Source of the DNA: the human T2T-CHM13v2.0 reference genome, Homo sapiens
Assembly: GCF_009914755.1 (NCBI RefSeq)
Contig: NC_060929.1
Length of the DNA stretch: 64,000 nucleotides
Reading direction: 5' to 3' (one strand)
This document shows, in pieces, positions 1 through 17,387 of this stretch (its first letter is position 1; each line of letters opens with the position of its first letter). Under the pieces are notes generated by a model. The model was not told the DNA's origin and ran no database searches. It saw nothing but the letters and a program-made list of their open reading frames with translations. Position numbers and translations under genes: made by a program.

Positions 1-370
1 ATCTGGGTGCTCCTGTATTGGGTGCATAAATATTTAGGATAGTTAGCTCCTCTTGTTGAATTGATCCCTTTACCATTATGTAATGGCCTTCTTTGTCTCT
101 TTTGATCTTTGTTGGTTTAAAGTCTGTTTTATCAGAGACTAGGATTGCAACCCCTGCCTTTTTTTGTTTTCCATTGGCTTGGTAGATCTTCCTCCATCCT
201 TTTATTTTGAGCCTATGTGTGTCTCTGCACGTGAGATGGGTTTCCTGAATACAGCACACTGATGGGTCTTGACTCTTTATCCAACTTGCCAGTCTGTGTC
301 TTTTAATTGCAGAATTTAGTCCATTTATATTTAAAGTTAATATTGTTATGTGTGAATTTGATCCTGTCAT
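1..370 (-). CDS. L1 ORF2p N-terminus (APE endonuclease domain), open to the window edge
   Basis: ATG at 370-368. Manual translation MTGSNSHITILTLNINGLNSAIKR...QETHL...NIYAPNTGAPR has no stop. Confidence 0.9.
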   Translation of the reverse strand, partial: MTGSNSHITILTLNINGLNSAIKRHRLASWIKSQDPSVCCIQETHLTCRDTHRLKIKGWRKIYQANGKQKKAGVAILVSDKTDFKPTKIKRDKEGHYIMVKGSIQQEELTILNIYAPNTGAPR

Positions 371-433
371 TATGATGTTAGCTGGTGATTTTGCTCATTA
401 GTTGATGCAGTTTCTTCCTAGTCTCGATGGTCT

Positions 434-1227
434 TTACATTTTGGCATGATTTTGCAGCGGCTGGTACCGGTTGTTCCTTTCCATGATTAGCGCTTCCTTC
501 AGGAGCTCTTTTAGGGCAGGCCTGGTGGTGACAAAATCTCTCAACATTTGCTTGTCTATAAAGTATTTTATTTCTCCTTCACTTATGAAGCTTAGTTTGG
601 CTGGATATGAAATTCTGGGTTGAAAATTCTTTTCTTTAAGAATGTTGAATATTGGCCCCCACTCTCTTCTGGCTTGTAGGGTTTCTGCCGAGAGATCCGC
701 TGTTAGTCTGATGGGCTTTCCTTTGAGGGTAACCCGACCTTTCTCTCTGGCTGCCCTTAACATTTTTTCCTTCATTTCAACTTTGGTGAATCTGACAATT
801 ATGTGTCTTGGAGTTGCTCTTCTCGAGGAGTATCTTTGTGGCGTTCTCTGTATTTCCTGAATCTGAACGTTGGCCTGCCTTGCTAGATTGGGGAAGTTCT
901 CCTGGATAATATCCTGCAGAGTGTTTTCCAACTTGGTTCCATTCTCCACATCACTTTCAGGTACACCAATCAGACGTAGATTTGGTCTTTTCACATAGTC
1001 CCATATTTCTTGGAGGCTTTGCTCATTTCTTTTTATTCTTTTTTCTCTAAACTTCCCTTCTCGCTTCATTTCATTCATTTCATCTTCCATTGCTGATACC
1101 CTTTCTTCCAGTTGATCGCATCGGCTCCTGAGGCTTCTGCATTCTTCACGTAGTTCTCGAGCCTTGGTTTTCAGCTCCATCAGCTCCTTTAAGCACTTCT
1201 CTGTATTGGTTATTCTAGTTATACATT
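434..1227 (-). pseudogene. L1 ORF1p, C-terminal three quarters (N-terminus lost by 5' truncation)
   Basis: ORF track 434..1180 contains RRM/CTD motifs RPNLRLIGVPE, REKG, ARR and YPAKLS. The true start codon is absent. Confidence 0.92.
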
Positions 1228-1233
1228 GGAAAA

Positions 1234-5877
<4,644 letters not shown>

Positions 5878-8283
5878 TCTTTGTCTCTTTTGATCTTTGT
5901 TGGTTTAAAGTCTGTTTTATCAGAGACCAGGATTGCAACCCCTGCTTTTTTTTTTTTTTTTTTTTTTTTTTTGCTTTCCATGTGCTTGGTAGATCTTCCT
6001 CCATCCCTTTGTTTTGAACCTGTGTGTGTCTCTGCACGTGAGATGGGTTTCCTGAATACAGCATACTGATGGGTCATGAGCCTTTCTCCAATTTGCCAGT
6101 CTGTGTCTTTTAATTGGGGCATTTAGCCCATTTACATTTGAGGTTAATACTGTTATGTGTGAATTTGATCCTGTCATTATGATGTTAGCTGTTTATTTTG
6201 CCCATGAATTGATGCAGTTTCTTCATAGCATTGATGGTCTTTACAATTTGGCATGTTTTTGCAGTGGCTGGTACTGGTTGTTCCTTTCCATGTTTAGTGC
6301 TTCCTTCAGGAGCTCTTGGAAGGCAGGCCTGGTGGTGACAAAATCTCTCAGCATTTGCTTGTCTGTAAAGGATTTTATTTCTCCTTCACTTATGAAGCTT
6401 AGTTTGGCTGGGTACGAAATTCTGGGTTGAAAATTCTTTTCTTTAAGAATGTTGAATATTGGCCCCCCACTCTCTTCTGACTTGTAGGGTTTCTCCTGAG
6501 ATATCCACTGTTAGTCTGATAGGCTTCCCTTTGTGGGTGACCCAACCTTTCTCTCTGGCTGCCCTCAACACTTTTTTCTTCATTTCAACCTTGGCGAATC
6601 TGACGATTATTTTTCTTGGCGTTGCTCTTCTCGAGGAGTATCTTTGTGATGCTCTCTGTATTTCCTGAATTTGAATGTTGGCCTGCCTTGCTAGGTTGGG
6701 GAAGTTCTCCTGGATAATATCCTGAAGAGTGCTTTCCAACTTGGTTCCATTCTCCCTGTCACTTTCAGGTACACCAAATAAACGTAGATTTTTGTCTTTT
6801 CACATAGTCCCATATTTCTTGGAGGCTTTGTTCATTTATTTTTACTCTTTTTTCTCTGACCTTGTTTTTTTACTTCATTTCATTCATTTGATCTTCAATC
6901 ACTGACACTCTTTTTTCCACTTGATCGAATCAGCTATTGAAGCTTGCGTATGCATCACAAAATTCTCGTGCCACGGTTTTCAGCTCCGTCACGTCATTTA
7001 ATGTCTTCTCCACACTGTTTATTCTAGTTAGCCATTCATCTAATCTTTTTTCAAGGTTTTTAGCTTCCTTGTGATGGGTTCAAACATCCTCCTTTAGCTC
7101 AGAGAAGTTTGTCATTACCGACCTTCTGAAGCCTACTTCTGTCAACTTGTCAAAGTCATTCTCCATCTAGCTTTGTTCCATTGCTGGCGAGGAGCTGCGA
7201 TCCTTTGGAGGAAAAGAGGCACTCTGATTTTTAGAATTTTCAGTTTTTCTGCTCTGGTTTTTCCCCATCTTCGTGGTTTTATCTACTCTTGGTCTTCGAT
7301 GTTGGTGACCTACAGTTGGGATTTTGGCGTAAATGTCCTTTTTGTTGATGTTGATGCTATTCCTTTCTGTTTGTTAGTTTTACTTCTGTCAGGTCCCTCA
7401 GCTGCAGGTCTGTTGGAGTTTGCTGGAGTTCCACTCCAGACCCTGTTTGCCTGGGTATCTCCAGCAGAGGCTACAGAACAGCAAATATTGCTGCCTGATC
7501 CTCCCTCTGGAAGCTTCGTCCCAGAGGGGCACCTGCCTATATGAGGTGTCTGTCGGCCCCTACTGGGAGGTGTCTCCCAGTCAGGCTACACCGGGGTCAG
7601 GCACCCACTTGAGGAGGCAGTCTGTCTGTTCTCAGAGCTCTAACACCATGCTGGGAGAACCACTGCTCTCTTCAGAGCTGTCAGACAGGGATGTTTAAGC
7701 TGCAGAAGTTGTCTGCTGCCTTTTGTTCAGCTATGCCTTGCCCACAGAGGTGCAGTCTAGACACAGTAGGCCTTTTTGAGCTGCGGTGGGCTCTGCCCCG
7801 TTTGAGCTTCCAGGCCACTTTGTTTACCTACTCAAGCCTCAGCAATGGCAGATGCCCCTCCCCCAACCAGGCGGCTGTCTCACAGATCGATCTCAGACTG
7901 CTGTGCTAGCAGTGAGCAAGGCTCCATGGGTATTGGAGCTGTCAAGTCAGGCACGGGAGAGAATCACCTTGTCTGCCAGTTGCTAAGACCTTGGGAATAG
8001 CACAGTATTTGAGCTGGAGTGTCCCGTTTTTCCAGGTAGTCTGTCATGGCTTCCCTTAGCTAGGAAATGGAAATCCCCCAACCCCTTGTGCTTCCTGGGT
8101 GAGGCGACGCCCTGCCCTGCTTTGGCTTACCCTCCGTGGGCTGCACCCACTGTCCAACCAGTCCCAATGAGATGAGCCAGGTCCCTCAGTTGGAAATGCA
8201 GAAATTACCCACCTTCTGCGTTGATCCTTCTGGGAGCTGCAGACTAGAGCTATTCCTATTTGGCCATCTTGGAACACCCTCCC
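5878..8283 (-). mobile_element. Third, outermost L1PA (approx. L1PA7-8): 5'UTR ~7270-8283, decayed ORF1 ~6241-7268, ORF2 start at 6177, interrupted in the endonuclease region
   Basis: ORF track 5920..6177 (MTGSNSHITVLT...) and 6443..6739 (ORF1). The 5' end GGGAGGGTGTTCCAAGATGGCC is followed on + by ATTAGAATTATTTTT/AA, an L1 endonuclease-type site. Confidence 0.92.
7845..8000 (+). pseudogene. Truncated L1 ORF0 homologue, 51 aa
   Basis: Manual translation MADAPPPTRRLSHRSISDCCASSEQGSMGIGAVKSGTGENHLVCQLLRPWE*. Confidence 0.65.
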
Positions 8284-8419
8284 ATTAGAATTATTTTTAA
8301 TTGTAAGTACCAAACCCATTTAATCTAGCTGAGGGGAAAAATCAGGGGCATTTAAATAATTAAGAGTAGAAGACACCTCTCATTTTTTTATCTGTAGCAT
8401 CTTTCTACCTTGCATATGA

Positions 8420-8930
8420 CAACCATATATCAATGTCCTTTGGGAAATCAGCCCTTTCTATATTAATCCATGGGCTTCAGCAGAGCTAGCTTTCCCCGAA
8501 CATGAGTCTGGCCATATGATTCAGGTCTGCCAGCCAGTATCATCTTCTCCTAAGCCCCAGGTATTGGCTCAGGATGGTCAGTTTGAGCCATTGAGAAGTA
8601 CTAAGATTTTTACTGGCAGTCCTGAAAAAACGGTCTCACTTTACTACTGAGAATAAACCCGACAGGGTATAGTGCAGGGAGTTTCTGGCAGCTATCTCCT
8701 GAATGCAAGGAGTGAGCCTGCCAGAGAACTAAGAGAAAGGTCTGCTAGAGAACTAGAGCTCAACAGTGGAGAAAGAGAAACAGTTCTGTTGCTTGAGCCC
8801 CGGATCAAGCAGTACCTGATCAAGCAGTACCTGAGGCTGGATACACCTCAAATTGTTCACTAATATGAAACAGTAAACTTTCTTTTGCTTAAACAAATTT
8901 GGATTGTCTTTTTTGTCCTTGCAACTAGAG
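8420..8930 (+). mobile_element. MLT1-type (ERVL-MaLR) LTR remnant
   Basis: Ends in AGTAAACTTTCTTTTGCTTAAAC...TTTTTGTCCTTGCAACT, resembling old MLT1 3' termini. Confidence 0.55.
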
Positions 8931-9504
8931 GATACAAGGGAGTGGAGGAGATCTTATGAAATCTAAGAACGGAAGTCCTGGTGGGCATCAGAAAGGGTCT
9001 GAAAGCAGAAAATAGAGACCCATACAGAACTCCATGCAGCCTTCTTTCTCTTTCCATCTCTGTTTCTGCCTGGGTGCCTCTTCTTCCTTCTCTCTCTGCA
9101 GACTGACTTCCTCTCTTCCACAGTCACCTTCCCAAGACTCAAGTGCCAACAGACCTTAAACTGTCATTATTCCCCAGTCATTAGAAGAAATTAAGCAGAG
9201 TCTCTCTAGATCCCAATTCCAAATCACCTGGAGAGAAGACCTGAATGGCTTGAGTTGGGTTGGGTAGTTTTAAGAATAAACTCTTTTATCTGAGCTCTTT
9301 GGCTGTGAATGGTTCCATTCCAAAACAAATTTATTATCCTCACCCTAACACCACCTTTCGTTTGTCAGGTGTTTAGGGACAGAGGCATGATAGGCATGGT
9401 CAGAATGTTCTGTTGACATATGGGCAGTCATTTCCATCATTGAAGTGTTTCTTAACTTTGAGAAGAGCTATCTGTGGCCATCCCTGCACAAGCCTGGACT
9501 GGAG

Positions 9505-9613
9505 AGCTGACAAGATCAACTCTCAGTTTCCCCAGGACTGAGGTGTTTCCTGCAACAAGGAACTTTAGTGCTAAAACCGGGACAGTCCTTGGCAGACCTA
9601 GATAGTTGCCCTA
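9505..9613. mobile_element. MER94-like hAT MITE
   Basis: Core CCCAGGACTGAGG...ACTTTAGTGCTAAAACCGGGACAGTCC. Confidence 0.6.
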
Positions 9614-10130
9614 GATTTGCTGGTTACAAGTCACATCATTATACCTAGACTGGGGCAGAGTTTTAGCTTCATAAGACTCCAACTAAAATTGTGATGTCAG
9701 GAGCCATGCAGAGAAATCCAACCACCCTCTCCTTGTTCATGCCTCTGATCAGTGGCTCCTGTGTCCTATATTTTTGGACATACCATAGTAATTGCTTATT
9801 AGCATTTCTCTGTGAGGAATGAATATTGATAGGCTTATGGATTCATAGAGAAAGACCACTTCCTGATTTAGGCCAGGGATGTAAAACTCAGTGAGGTCGC
9901 TGCACAGAGTAGGGGCAGAGGTAACGTATCATGGTATGCCTTTTCCCTGAGCCCTGGGTCCACTGCAGGAAACCTGGCTGTCACTGACACTCTCAGAAAA
10001 TGCAGGGGTCTGCTAGAAGAGAGGATATCCAGTTCTGCTTCCCTTTCCATCCCCTTCTCACTACCCTTTAACCACGAGGCTTATATCAGCATCATGGAAG
10101 ATTTCAAGCTAACAGTCTCGTGTTTCAATT

Positions 10131-10312
10131 CAGGGATTGGTTCTCAATTCTAGCTGCATATTAAAATCACTTGAGGAGCCTTAAAAATACACCAATGCCT
10201 CCTTCCTCCCCCAGACTAATTGGATCAGAACCTCTGGAGTAGGAGCTCAGGCTTTCGCAGTTTAGAAAGTTTCCCAGGTGATTGTAACACACATCCAGGT
10301 TGAGGATCTCTG
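10131..10312. mobile_element. MER5A/B hAT-Charlie MITE
   Basis: TGGTTCTCAA...GCATATTAAAATCACTTGAGGAGC...TCAGAACCTCTGG...CCCAGGTGATT...GTTGAG. Confidence 0.75.
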
Positions 10313-11324
10313 GAGCAAGGAACTGTTTACAGAAGATGAGCTTTCCTGGTTGGTGAACCAAACTCCTCAGCAAGGCTGCATTCTCATCTCAGGGTTGGGT
10401 GGAGAAAGCACAGCTAGTGTCCAGGTGTCCTGGGATGGTATTTCATCCTCCTGTCCCAAGGTCCCTGAAAGCCTGTCTCCCTGACCTGACACTCATGCTT
10501 CACGTGTCACCTCCCTCCATGACACATGATGCTAAGTTGTCTGTATTCGCTTCTCTTTATCTTGCCCACTTAAGGAGAAGTAGGAAAAAAAGTTAGGGCT
10601 GTGATGTGTGAAAACCATTGCATTGCAGGTGGGCAGGGGTCCAGTCTCTTAACCATGAAAATATTCCAACTTCCCAGCATGGCACATGTGTCCATTGTGT
10701 ACTGATTAGCCATGGCCAGAGGGGTAGGAGTCACTTAGGGTTGCCGGCCTGGGCCCCAGCCTCACCCTGTGTATCAGAGTGAACAGTTTCTAGTGAAAGG
10801 GACCATTACAAACCCGATAAACATTCCAAAAGGTGTCAAATATAGTCATTTTTTCCAAAAAGAAATGCCATAGGCAGAGACAAAAGGGGCATTAGTAGGA
10901 TCTGATCCCCTGTACTTGCCATCAGTCAAACTTAGCAGTCCTTCCAAACTCTCACTCAACAATTTGATATTTGGTATGAAGGAAACAGTGTGCGTGGGAG
11001 AGGAGGTATATGGCAAATATGGGAAAATGCAGCGAAAGAAGTATGTGTGAGGAGCTGAGAGGGCCTTGGGGAAGTGTTGGAACTTGCTTACAAGCAAAAT
11101 GTTTGGAGTTCACATTGTCAAAAGAACAAGGAGGAAGAAACTCCATCCCTTATCCCAACCAATGCCATAAACTTTAGAGTGGGGTAGGGATCTGACTTTG
11201 TTTGAATAGCTGGAATAAGGAGTTGTCTACTTGATCTGTCTTGGTGTGCCCCTCCCAAGAGCAATTAAACTCTTAGCATCAGAGAATGACTGGCCTGCAG
11301 AGGGCCTTTGTGCTATGTCCTCCA

Positions 11325-11445
11325 GTAGCTCACCTTACCAGTGGGGAAACAGAGGCCCAGGGAAGGAGAGGGACTTACTATAAATGTCTCAGCTAGTTAG
11401 GTGTGGGACAAGGACTAGCTCCAATGTCTCCTGACTCTGTAGCCT
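11325..11445 (-). mobile_element. MIR SINE fragment
   Basis: MIR core-like GGGGAAACAGAGGCCCAG...CAGCTAGTTAG. Confidence 0.55.
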
Positions 11446-14400
11446 AGCAAATTTTCTACTTATAAATAGGACTTACCAAAAAGACTTCCAGGAAATTCTT
11501 GCATCCTTACCCGCTGCCAAGTGAACCCTGAGCCCCTTCTCCCAAGAAAGATGTTTCCTTCCCAGCTGCTACCCACTCCCAACAGGATCAACTCTAATTC
11601 AACTCTATCAATGAGTGTAAGAGAATCATTGAATCTATGGACAGATTTCAGTTTTGAAGACAATATCACACTCAATAAAAAATGCCAAGGACTTTCCCCA
11701 GCTCTGCTATTCTGCAGTGTGGTTATTTATTATATACTCATATGTCATTGCGGTTTTTTCTTTGTATGTTTAAATTCTTTTTTTCCCCACCAGTAAACCA
11801 CATTATTTCAGACCAGTGAGACATATCCACATGGACTAGTGAATATGACAAATTCAGTCATGTTTTCGAAGAAAAGCGTTTTCGTTATGTGAAAGTAACT
11901 CCATAAACCCAGTTAGGAGACTACATTTCTTATGAGAAGTCCTTAAAACATCTGCTTTAAGGAACATACATTCAACAAATGTTTTTGAGTGCCTGCTGTA
12001 CACTGCTGTGATGATTGTTGGAATAACAAAGATGAAAACAGTTACTCCCCTCCCTGAAGAAGTTTATGGTGGAGTGGGGGTATAGTAATTAGCTAATCAA
12101 GATGATAGTGTTTGTCAGACACCAGAGTCTCTAAGACAATTGATAAAATGAATCTTTTTCATGCAGCTTAAATATCTTACAATCTTCTGCCTCAGAATTT
12201 TCTTTATGCTTCTAATATTCTCAGCAAACCTTTTCATGGTGGAAAGTAAAAGGGCAAGCTCAGCCCAGCTCCAGTTCAAGGGATTGCAAATTCTGACTCA
12301 GTAAAGCAAGACTTGATGAGGTATTCCTTGCACACAGCAACCCCCCACTGAGCACATAACCTTTCTTGTACCAAATAATGAATCCACATGTATGCGCTGG
12401 TCTGATGAAGGCAGAATATCTTATTGTCCTAACCTCCGCAAAAGACACAAGGGTGTGTCTTCCATTGGCCCCATCTCTAAATCACCTCTAACCCAGAAGT
12501 CCCAGTCTGTCCCCGGGCAGAGGTCAGGGGAAAAGGGCTCCTGTTATCTGGCTTTGCTGATACGCCAAGCTAATGGCATGAAGCTCTCTTGGCCTTCCAG
12601 AATGGAAGAAACAGAACACCAATTTAAATCATGAAAAAAGTCAGTGAATCTATCATCATTAATCTTGCTGTCAGTTTTAATTTTGGGGACATTACCTCAC
12701 TCAACACCAGTTGAAAAGAGCTGCCAAAGCCGATGATGTCATCATCACTAGCCGCGTCTGACCCTGCCTGCTGATTCTCAGAGCTTGGAGCAAGTTAATA
12801 AATCCCCTGGCGCTTGGACACACAGTGGAGTTTTATTACAATGAAGGTATAACCCATGATGTTGTTTCAATTAAATGGCCTGAGAAAATACTTTCTTGTG
12901 TTTAACAAAACTGTAAAACATAATTATCCTCATGCAGTTGAGTCTGTTCATTGTGCTGACATGATGATTATATATCCTCTTCCCCACCTCTCTCTCACAC
13001 AAAGACAGATGCACATCTCAGAGAGGAGAGGAAGGAATTTCAAACATGGATCTAAAGACAGCTGAAGATTTTGCGTATGTATCTTTTCTAGGTTACCACC
13101 TCATTGGTTGCTGCATATCTGCATAACCACACTGAAGCATCCAGGCGCTTTCTGTGTGAAAGGCAGTTGAGAGAAGTTGGGGCTTGGCGTCTGAGCAGAA
13201 CCTTGACTCTCTTCAAAAGGGGGCTGACACACTGGAGAAACCCTGGAGACCAACAGCTGGCTTGCACAAAACTCGGACCTCATTGCTCTTCAAATATTTA
13301 TGAATAATTTTCTTCAACGTGTTTGCTAACTGTTAAGAATATTAGTTTTTGCTGGTCTTCTTACTCATGGCCCATCTGAAGTCCCCTGGCCTGACCCTCC
13401 TGTGAAGTCATCCTGCTGAACGGGCGCCACCGGGTCGGGGCATTGCCATAGTGTCAGCCCACGGGGCCATAAACACAGGCTTTGCTGGATCCCTGCCCCT
13501 TCAACTGGGGGAGGCTGGGTGGTAAGATGAGAAGGCGCCTTCCTTCCAGCCCATTTTCTCCAAAGCAGCAAGTTTCAAGAACGTCACATTTGATACATGG
13601 CATAGAAGAGGAATATCCTCAAACACAACTTTCGGGTGATTATCTCCTATCCTAAGTGCCATCTGTATGGTATTATGCTTATGTGACTGCATGAATGTAT
13701 ATATGGACACACACACATATACACATTTTTAAGTTTTCAAGCAAAATGAGTATTAGTAAGTATGAGAAACCTGGCCCAAGTCCCCATGAGTCTCCTCCCT
13801 CTGACTTATTCCAAGTGACTCCTGCTAAACTCTTTTCCCCCCATCCCAGTGAGCTTCCCTAAATGGCTTTCATCAGTCATGCCAAATGGTACACTTGGCT
13901 TTGCACAGAGCACAAATGAGGATGCATGAAGCCCCTAAAGCTCATTTTCCATGCCCATCTCAAACAGGAAGTGATCCTAGATCTCCAAGGGTAAGTGAGC
14001 AGTACACAAATTCACTGTCCCTTTAGCCCTCCTAGGTGGAGGCCCTTTGAGATTCTTATGATTTCTTAATGGTCTAATATAAAGTGTATCCATGCACAAG
14101 ATACATCGCCTGATGTAAGAATCCATAACTGCGTCCTGTTAACAGTTCCTGCTGTTTGTGGAGTATTGTCTTGACATACTCGTTAAACCTCAATAAATAT
14201 GTTTTTAATAACCATATGGTATTTAACATATAATAACTGTCTTATTAGCTCTAAATTAAATCCTTGCTCATGACACTTAATTTAAAGTGTGACCAGCATT
14301 TCTCTGGCTAAGAAAGGATTTGAAACACCCATGGTGAGGACACTTCTTTTGGAGAGAAAAGAATGTATAAAAATCATGTGCTTTCAAAGAAAGGAACAAT

Positions 14401-14503
14401 AGATACTGAGGCTTAGGAGGGTGGAGGGTTGGAGGAGGGTAAGGACAGAAAAACTACCTATTGGGTATTGTGCTTATTAGCTAGTGACAAAATAACCGGG
14501 AAC

Positions 14504-14726
14504 CAAGCTTGTCCAACCCACAGGCTGCAGGCTGCATGTGGCCCAGGACAGATTTGAATGTGGCCCAACACAAATTCATAAACTTTCTTAAAACACTGTG
14601 AGGTTTTTTTGCAAGATTTTTTTTTTTTTTTTTTTGCTCATCAGTTTTCCTTAGTGTTAGTGTGGCTGAAGATAATTCTTCCTCTTCCAGTGTGGCCCAG
14701 GGAAGCCAAAAGATTGGACACTCCTG
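14504..14726. mobile_element. MER30 hAT-Charlie MITE inserted in the L1 3'UTR
   Basis: CAAGCTTGTCCAACCC...GGCCCAACACAAATTC...GGGAAGCCAAAAGATTGGACACTCCTG. Confidence 0.85.
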
Positions 14727-14790
14727 CCACCAAACCCCTGTAACATGCAACTTACCTATATAACAAACCTGCACATGCACCCCTGAAACT

Positions 14791-14793
<3 letters not shown>

Positions 14794-14838
<45 letters not shown>
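14794..14838. repeat. (TA)n microsatellite
   Basis: Pure TA run replacing the L1 poly(A) tail. Confidence 0.95.
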
Positions 14839-14841
<3 letters not shown>

Positions 14842-15457
14842 CAAAATCCTGTGTTTTCATGATGTGATTAAATTGCATTGTTTCAAATTCATTATATGGG
14901 TGGTCTGAGTGAAAATAACTCACAGTGGAGTTATAGCAATGTAGGAAATTGACTAAAGGGTCGCATTCAGAGCCCAAGTATTGCAAGCCTGAAGCACATG
15001 GATCTTTAAGGTATGCCAAGACAAGGGTTGGGCTTATTTTATTATCTTTTATTTTGTTCTTCATGCCCCTTTTCACTACCCAGCATGAATGTGACAGACA
15101 GTGCTGATTCTGGATAAAATAGTAAAGAACAAAAATCAGATTGCAAAGCACTCACTTTCTTTGTAGGTAACCCCTGCCCTTTTTATTGTTGTTATTTTCA
15201 CTTCACTCATTTTGCCCATTGGTTACTCAGTTTCCCACCTAGGTGCTTGAAGAAGGCTTATAGTACATGCCATTATGCTTCAATACTTTTTTTCTTAATA
15301 CTTTGATAATCCCCAGTGTGTAGGGGAAATGGACTGAAAGAGGCTTGCAGAGACCTGGCTGGGAAGACAGGTGCTGCGGCTGGGTTCTGGATGATGAAAA
15401 TTGCTCAGGCAGGGAAATTGCCCCAAAGAGCTTTGGAGCAGAAAGGGGCGGAGGGTG

Positions 15458-15971
<514 letters not shown>

Positions 15972-16037
15972 TCATGAGCCTTAGGATGGGTAGCATTAAG
16001 CTCTGATAAATATTAAGTAGAGCTCCGTTTATTCCAG

Positions 16038-16218
16038 GCAATGGCTCTGTAGTCCCCCAACAGCAGTTCTAGCCTCACTCACGAACTTGTTAGAAAAGCA
16101 AGTTCGTGGGCCCCACTCCAGATCTATGCAACCAGAGATCCTGGGATACGATTCAACATTCTTTGTTTTAGAAGTCCTTCAGGTGGTTTAGATGCATGCC
16201 AAAATTTGAGAACCACTG
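16038..16218. mobile_element. MER5A MITE
   Basis: GAACTTGTTAGAAAAGCAA...GGGCCCCACTCCAGA...TTTGAGAACCACTG. Confidence 0.75.
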
Positions 16219-16225
16219 CTCTAGG

Positions 16226-16452
16226 CAGGGTTTGTTAACCTCAGAACTATTGGTTCTGACCGTTTAGGGTGGATAATTCTCTGTGGTGGGCAGGAGTCCT
16301 CTGCACTGTAGGATGTTTGGCAGCATCTGGCTTCTACCCAGTAGACACTGGTAGCACCCCACCCCATCCCCTAGCTATGAAACCAAAATGTCTCCAGACA
16401 TTGCCAAAGATCCCTAGGTAGCAAAATCACACTCCCTGGTTGACAATCACTA
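16226..16452. mobile_element. MER20 hAT-Charlie MITE
   Basis: GGATAATTCTCTGTGGTGGG...GTAGGATGTTTGGCAGCATC...AAAATGTCTCCAGACATTGCCAAA. Confidence 0.8.
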
Positions 16453-16728
16453 CTTCAAGAAAAAGCACAGCATATACAAAGTTATGGTGGTAGGAATCTC
16501 AGGGTATGTTTGAGAAATAAAAAGTACTCCAGTATGATGAACATTCTTGGCATGAGCACAGGAGTGTTAGAAAAAGCTAGAAAGGTAGGCCACAGCCTGG
16601 GTTTGGAAACCGTTGAATGGTGTGTTAATTTGTTTGGAATTAATTCAGAGGGCAATAGGGAGTCACTGAAAGTTTTAGGTAGAGGGTGACATAACTAAAT
16701 CTCCACTTTAGATTGTGTTAGATCTGAG

Positions 16729-17387
16729 CAGTGACTTTCAAACTATTGTAACGAATATACAGTTGGGCCTTGAACAATAGGGTGGGGGGGTTAGGGGAAC
16801 CAACTCCCCAGCGGTCGAAAATCCACGTATAACTTTTGACTCTCTAAAAACCTAACTGCTAATATCTTCCTGTTGACCAGAAGCCTTACCAAAAGCATAA
16901 ACTGTCAATTAACTCATATTTTGTATACAATATGTATTATGTACTGTGTTCTTACAAGAAAGTCAGCTATAGAAAGGAAAATGTTATTAAGAAAATCACA
17001 AGAAAAAATATATTTATGATTCATTAAGTGCAAGTGGATCATCAGCAAGGCCTTCATCGTCATCATCTTGACATTGAGCAGGCTGAGGAGGAGGAGGAGG
17101 AAGAGAAGGGGTTGGTCTTGCTGTCTCGAGGTGGCTGAGGTGGGAAAAATCTACGTATATGTGGACCTGTGCAATTCAAACTCGTGTTGTTTAAGGGTCA
17201 CTTGTATTTATGTAATGTCTCAGGACACACACATATACATTTAACAAAACTTTTACACATATTTTTTATGTTACTTGCAATGCAGTCTGATTTTTATCTA
17301 CTCTATTCCATTTTTTAAGCTGTTCATAACACATTAAATAATTTCATAACCCACTAATGGGCGTGGTCCACAATTTGAAAACACTGG
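16729..17387. mobile_element. hAT-Charlie MITE (MER119-like) split by Tigger2
   Basis: Inverted ends CAGTGACTTTCAAA ... TTTGAAAACACTG with internal CATAACCCACTAATGGG. Confidence 0.55.
16760..17204. mobile_element. Tigger2a-like TcMar MITE
   Basis: TA|CAGTTGGGCCTTGAACAA ... TTGTTTAAGGGTCACTTG|TA: degenerate TIRs and TA target duplication. Confidence 0.8.

Larger units (their letters stand above)
1..1227 (-). mobile_element. Young LINE-1 (L1HS/L1PA1-like), 5'-truncated within ORF1; its 3' part continues left of the window
   Basis: ORF1 translation (SAMEDEMNEM, ESDVENG, KYFIDKQ, QPLQNHAKM*) and ORF2 start (MTGSNSHITILTLNINGLNSAIKRHRLASW) are near-identical to active human L1. L1 similarity stops at ...GTTATACATT (1227). 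Confidence 0.93.
14387..14842 (+). mobile_element. Short 3' end of an old primate L1 (L1PA13-16/L1PB-like) with a (TA)n tail, split by MER30
   Basis: AAAAACTACCTATTGGGTA...ATAACAAACCTGCACATG...CCCCTGAA. Degenerate 17-bp TSD: AAAATCATGTGCTTTCA (14370-14386) and AAAATCCTGTGTTTTCA (14843-14859). Confidence 0.8.
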
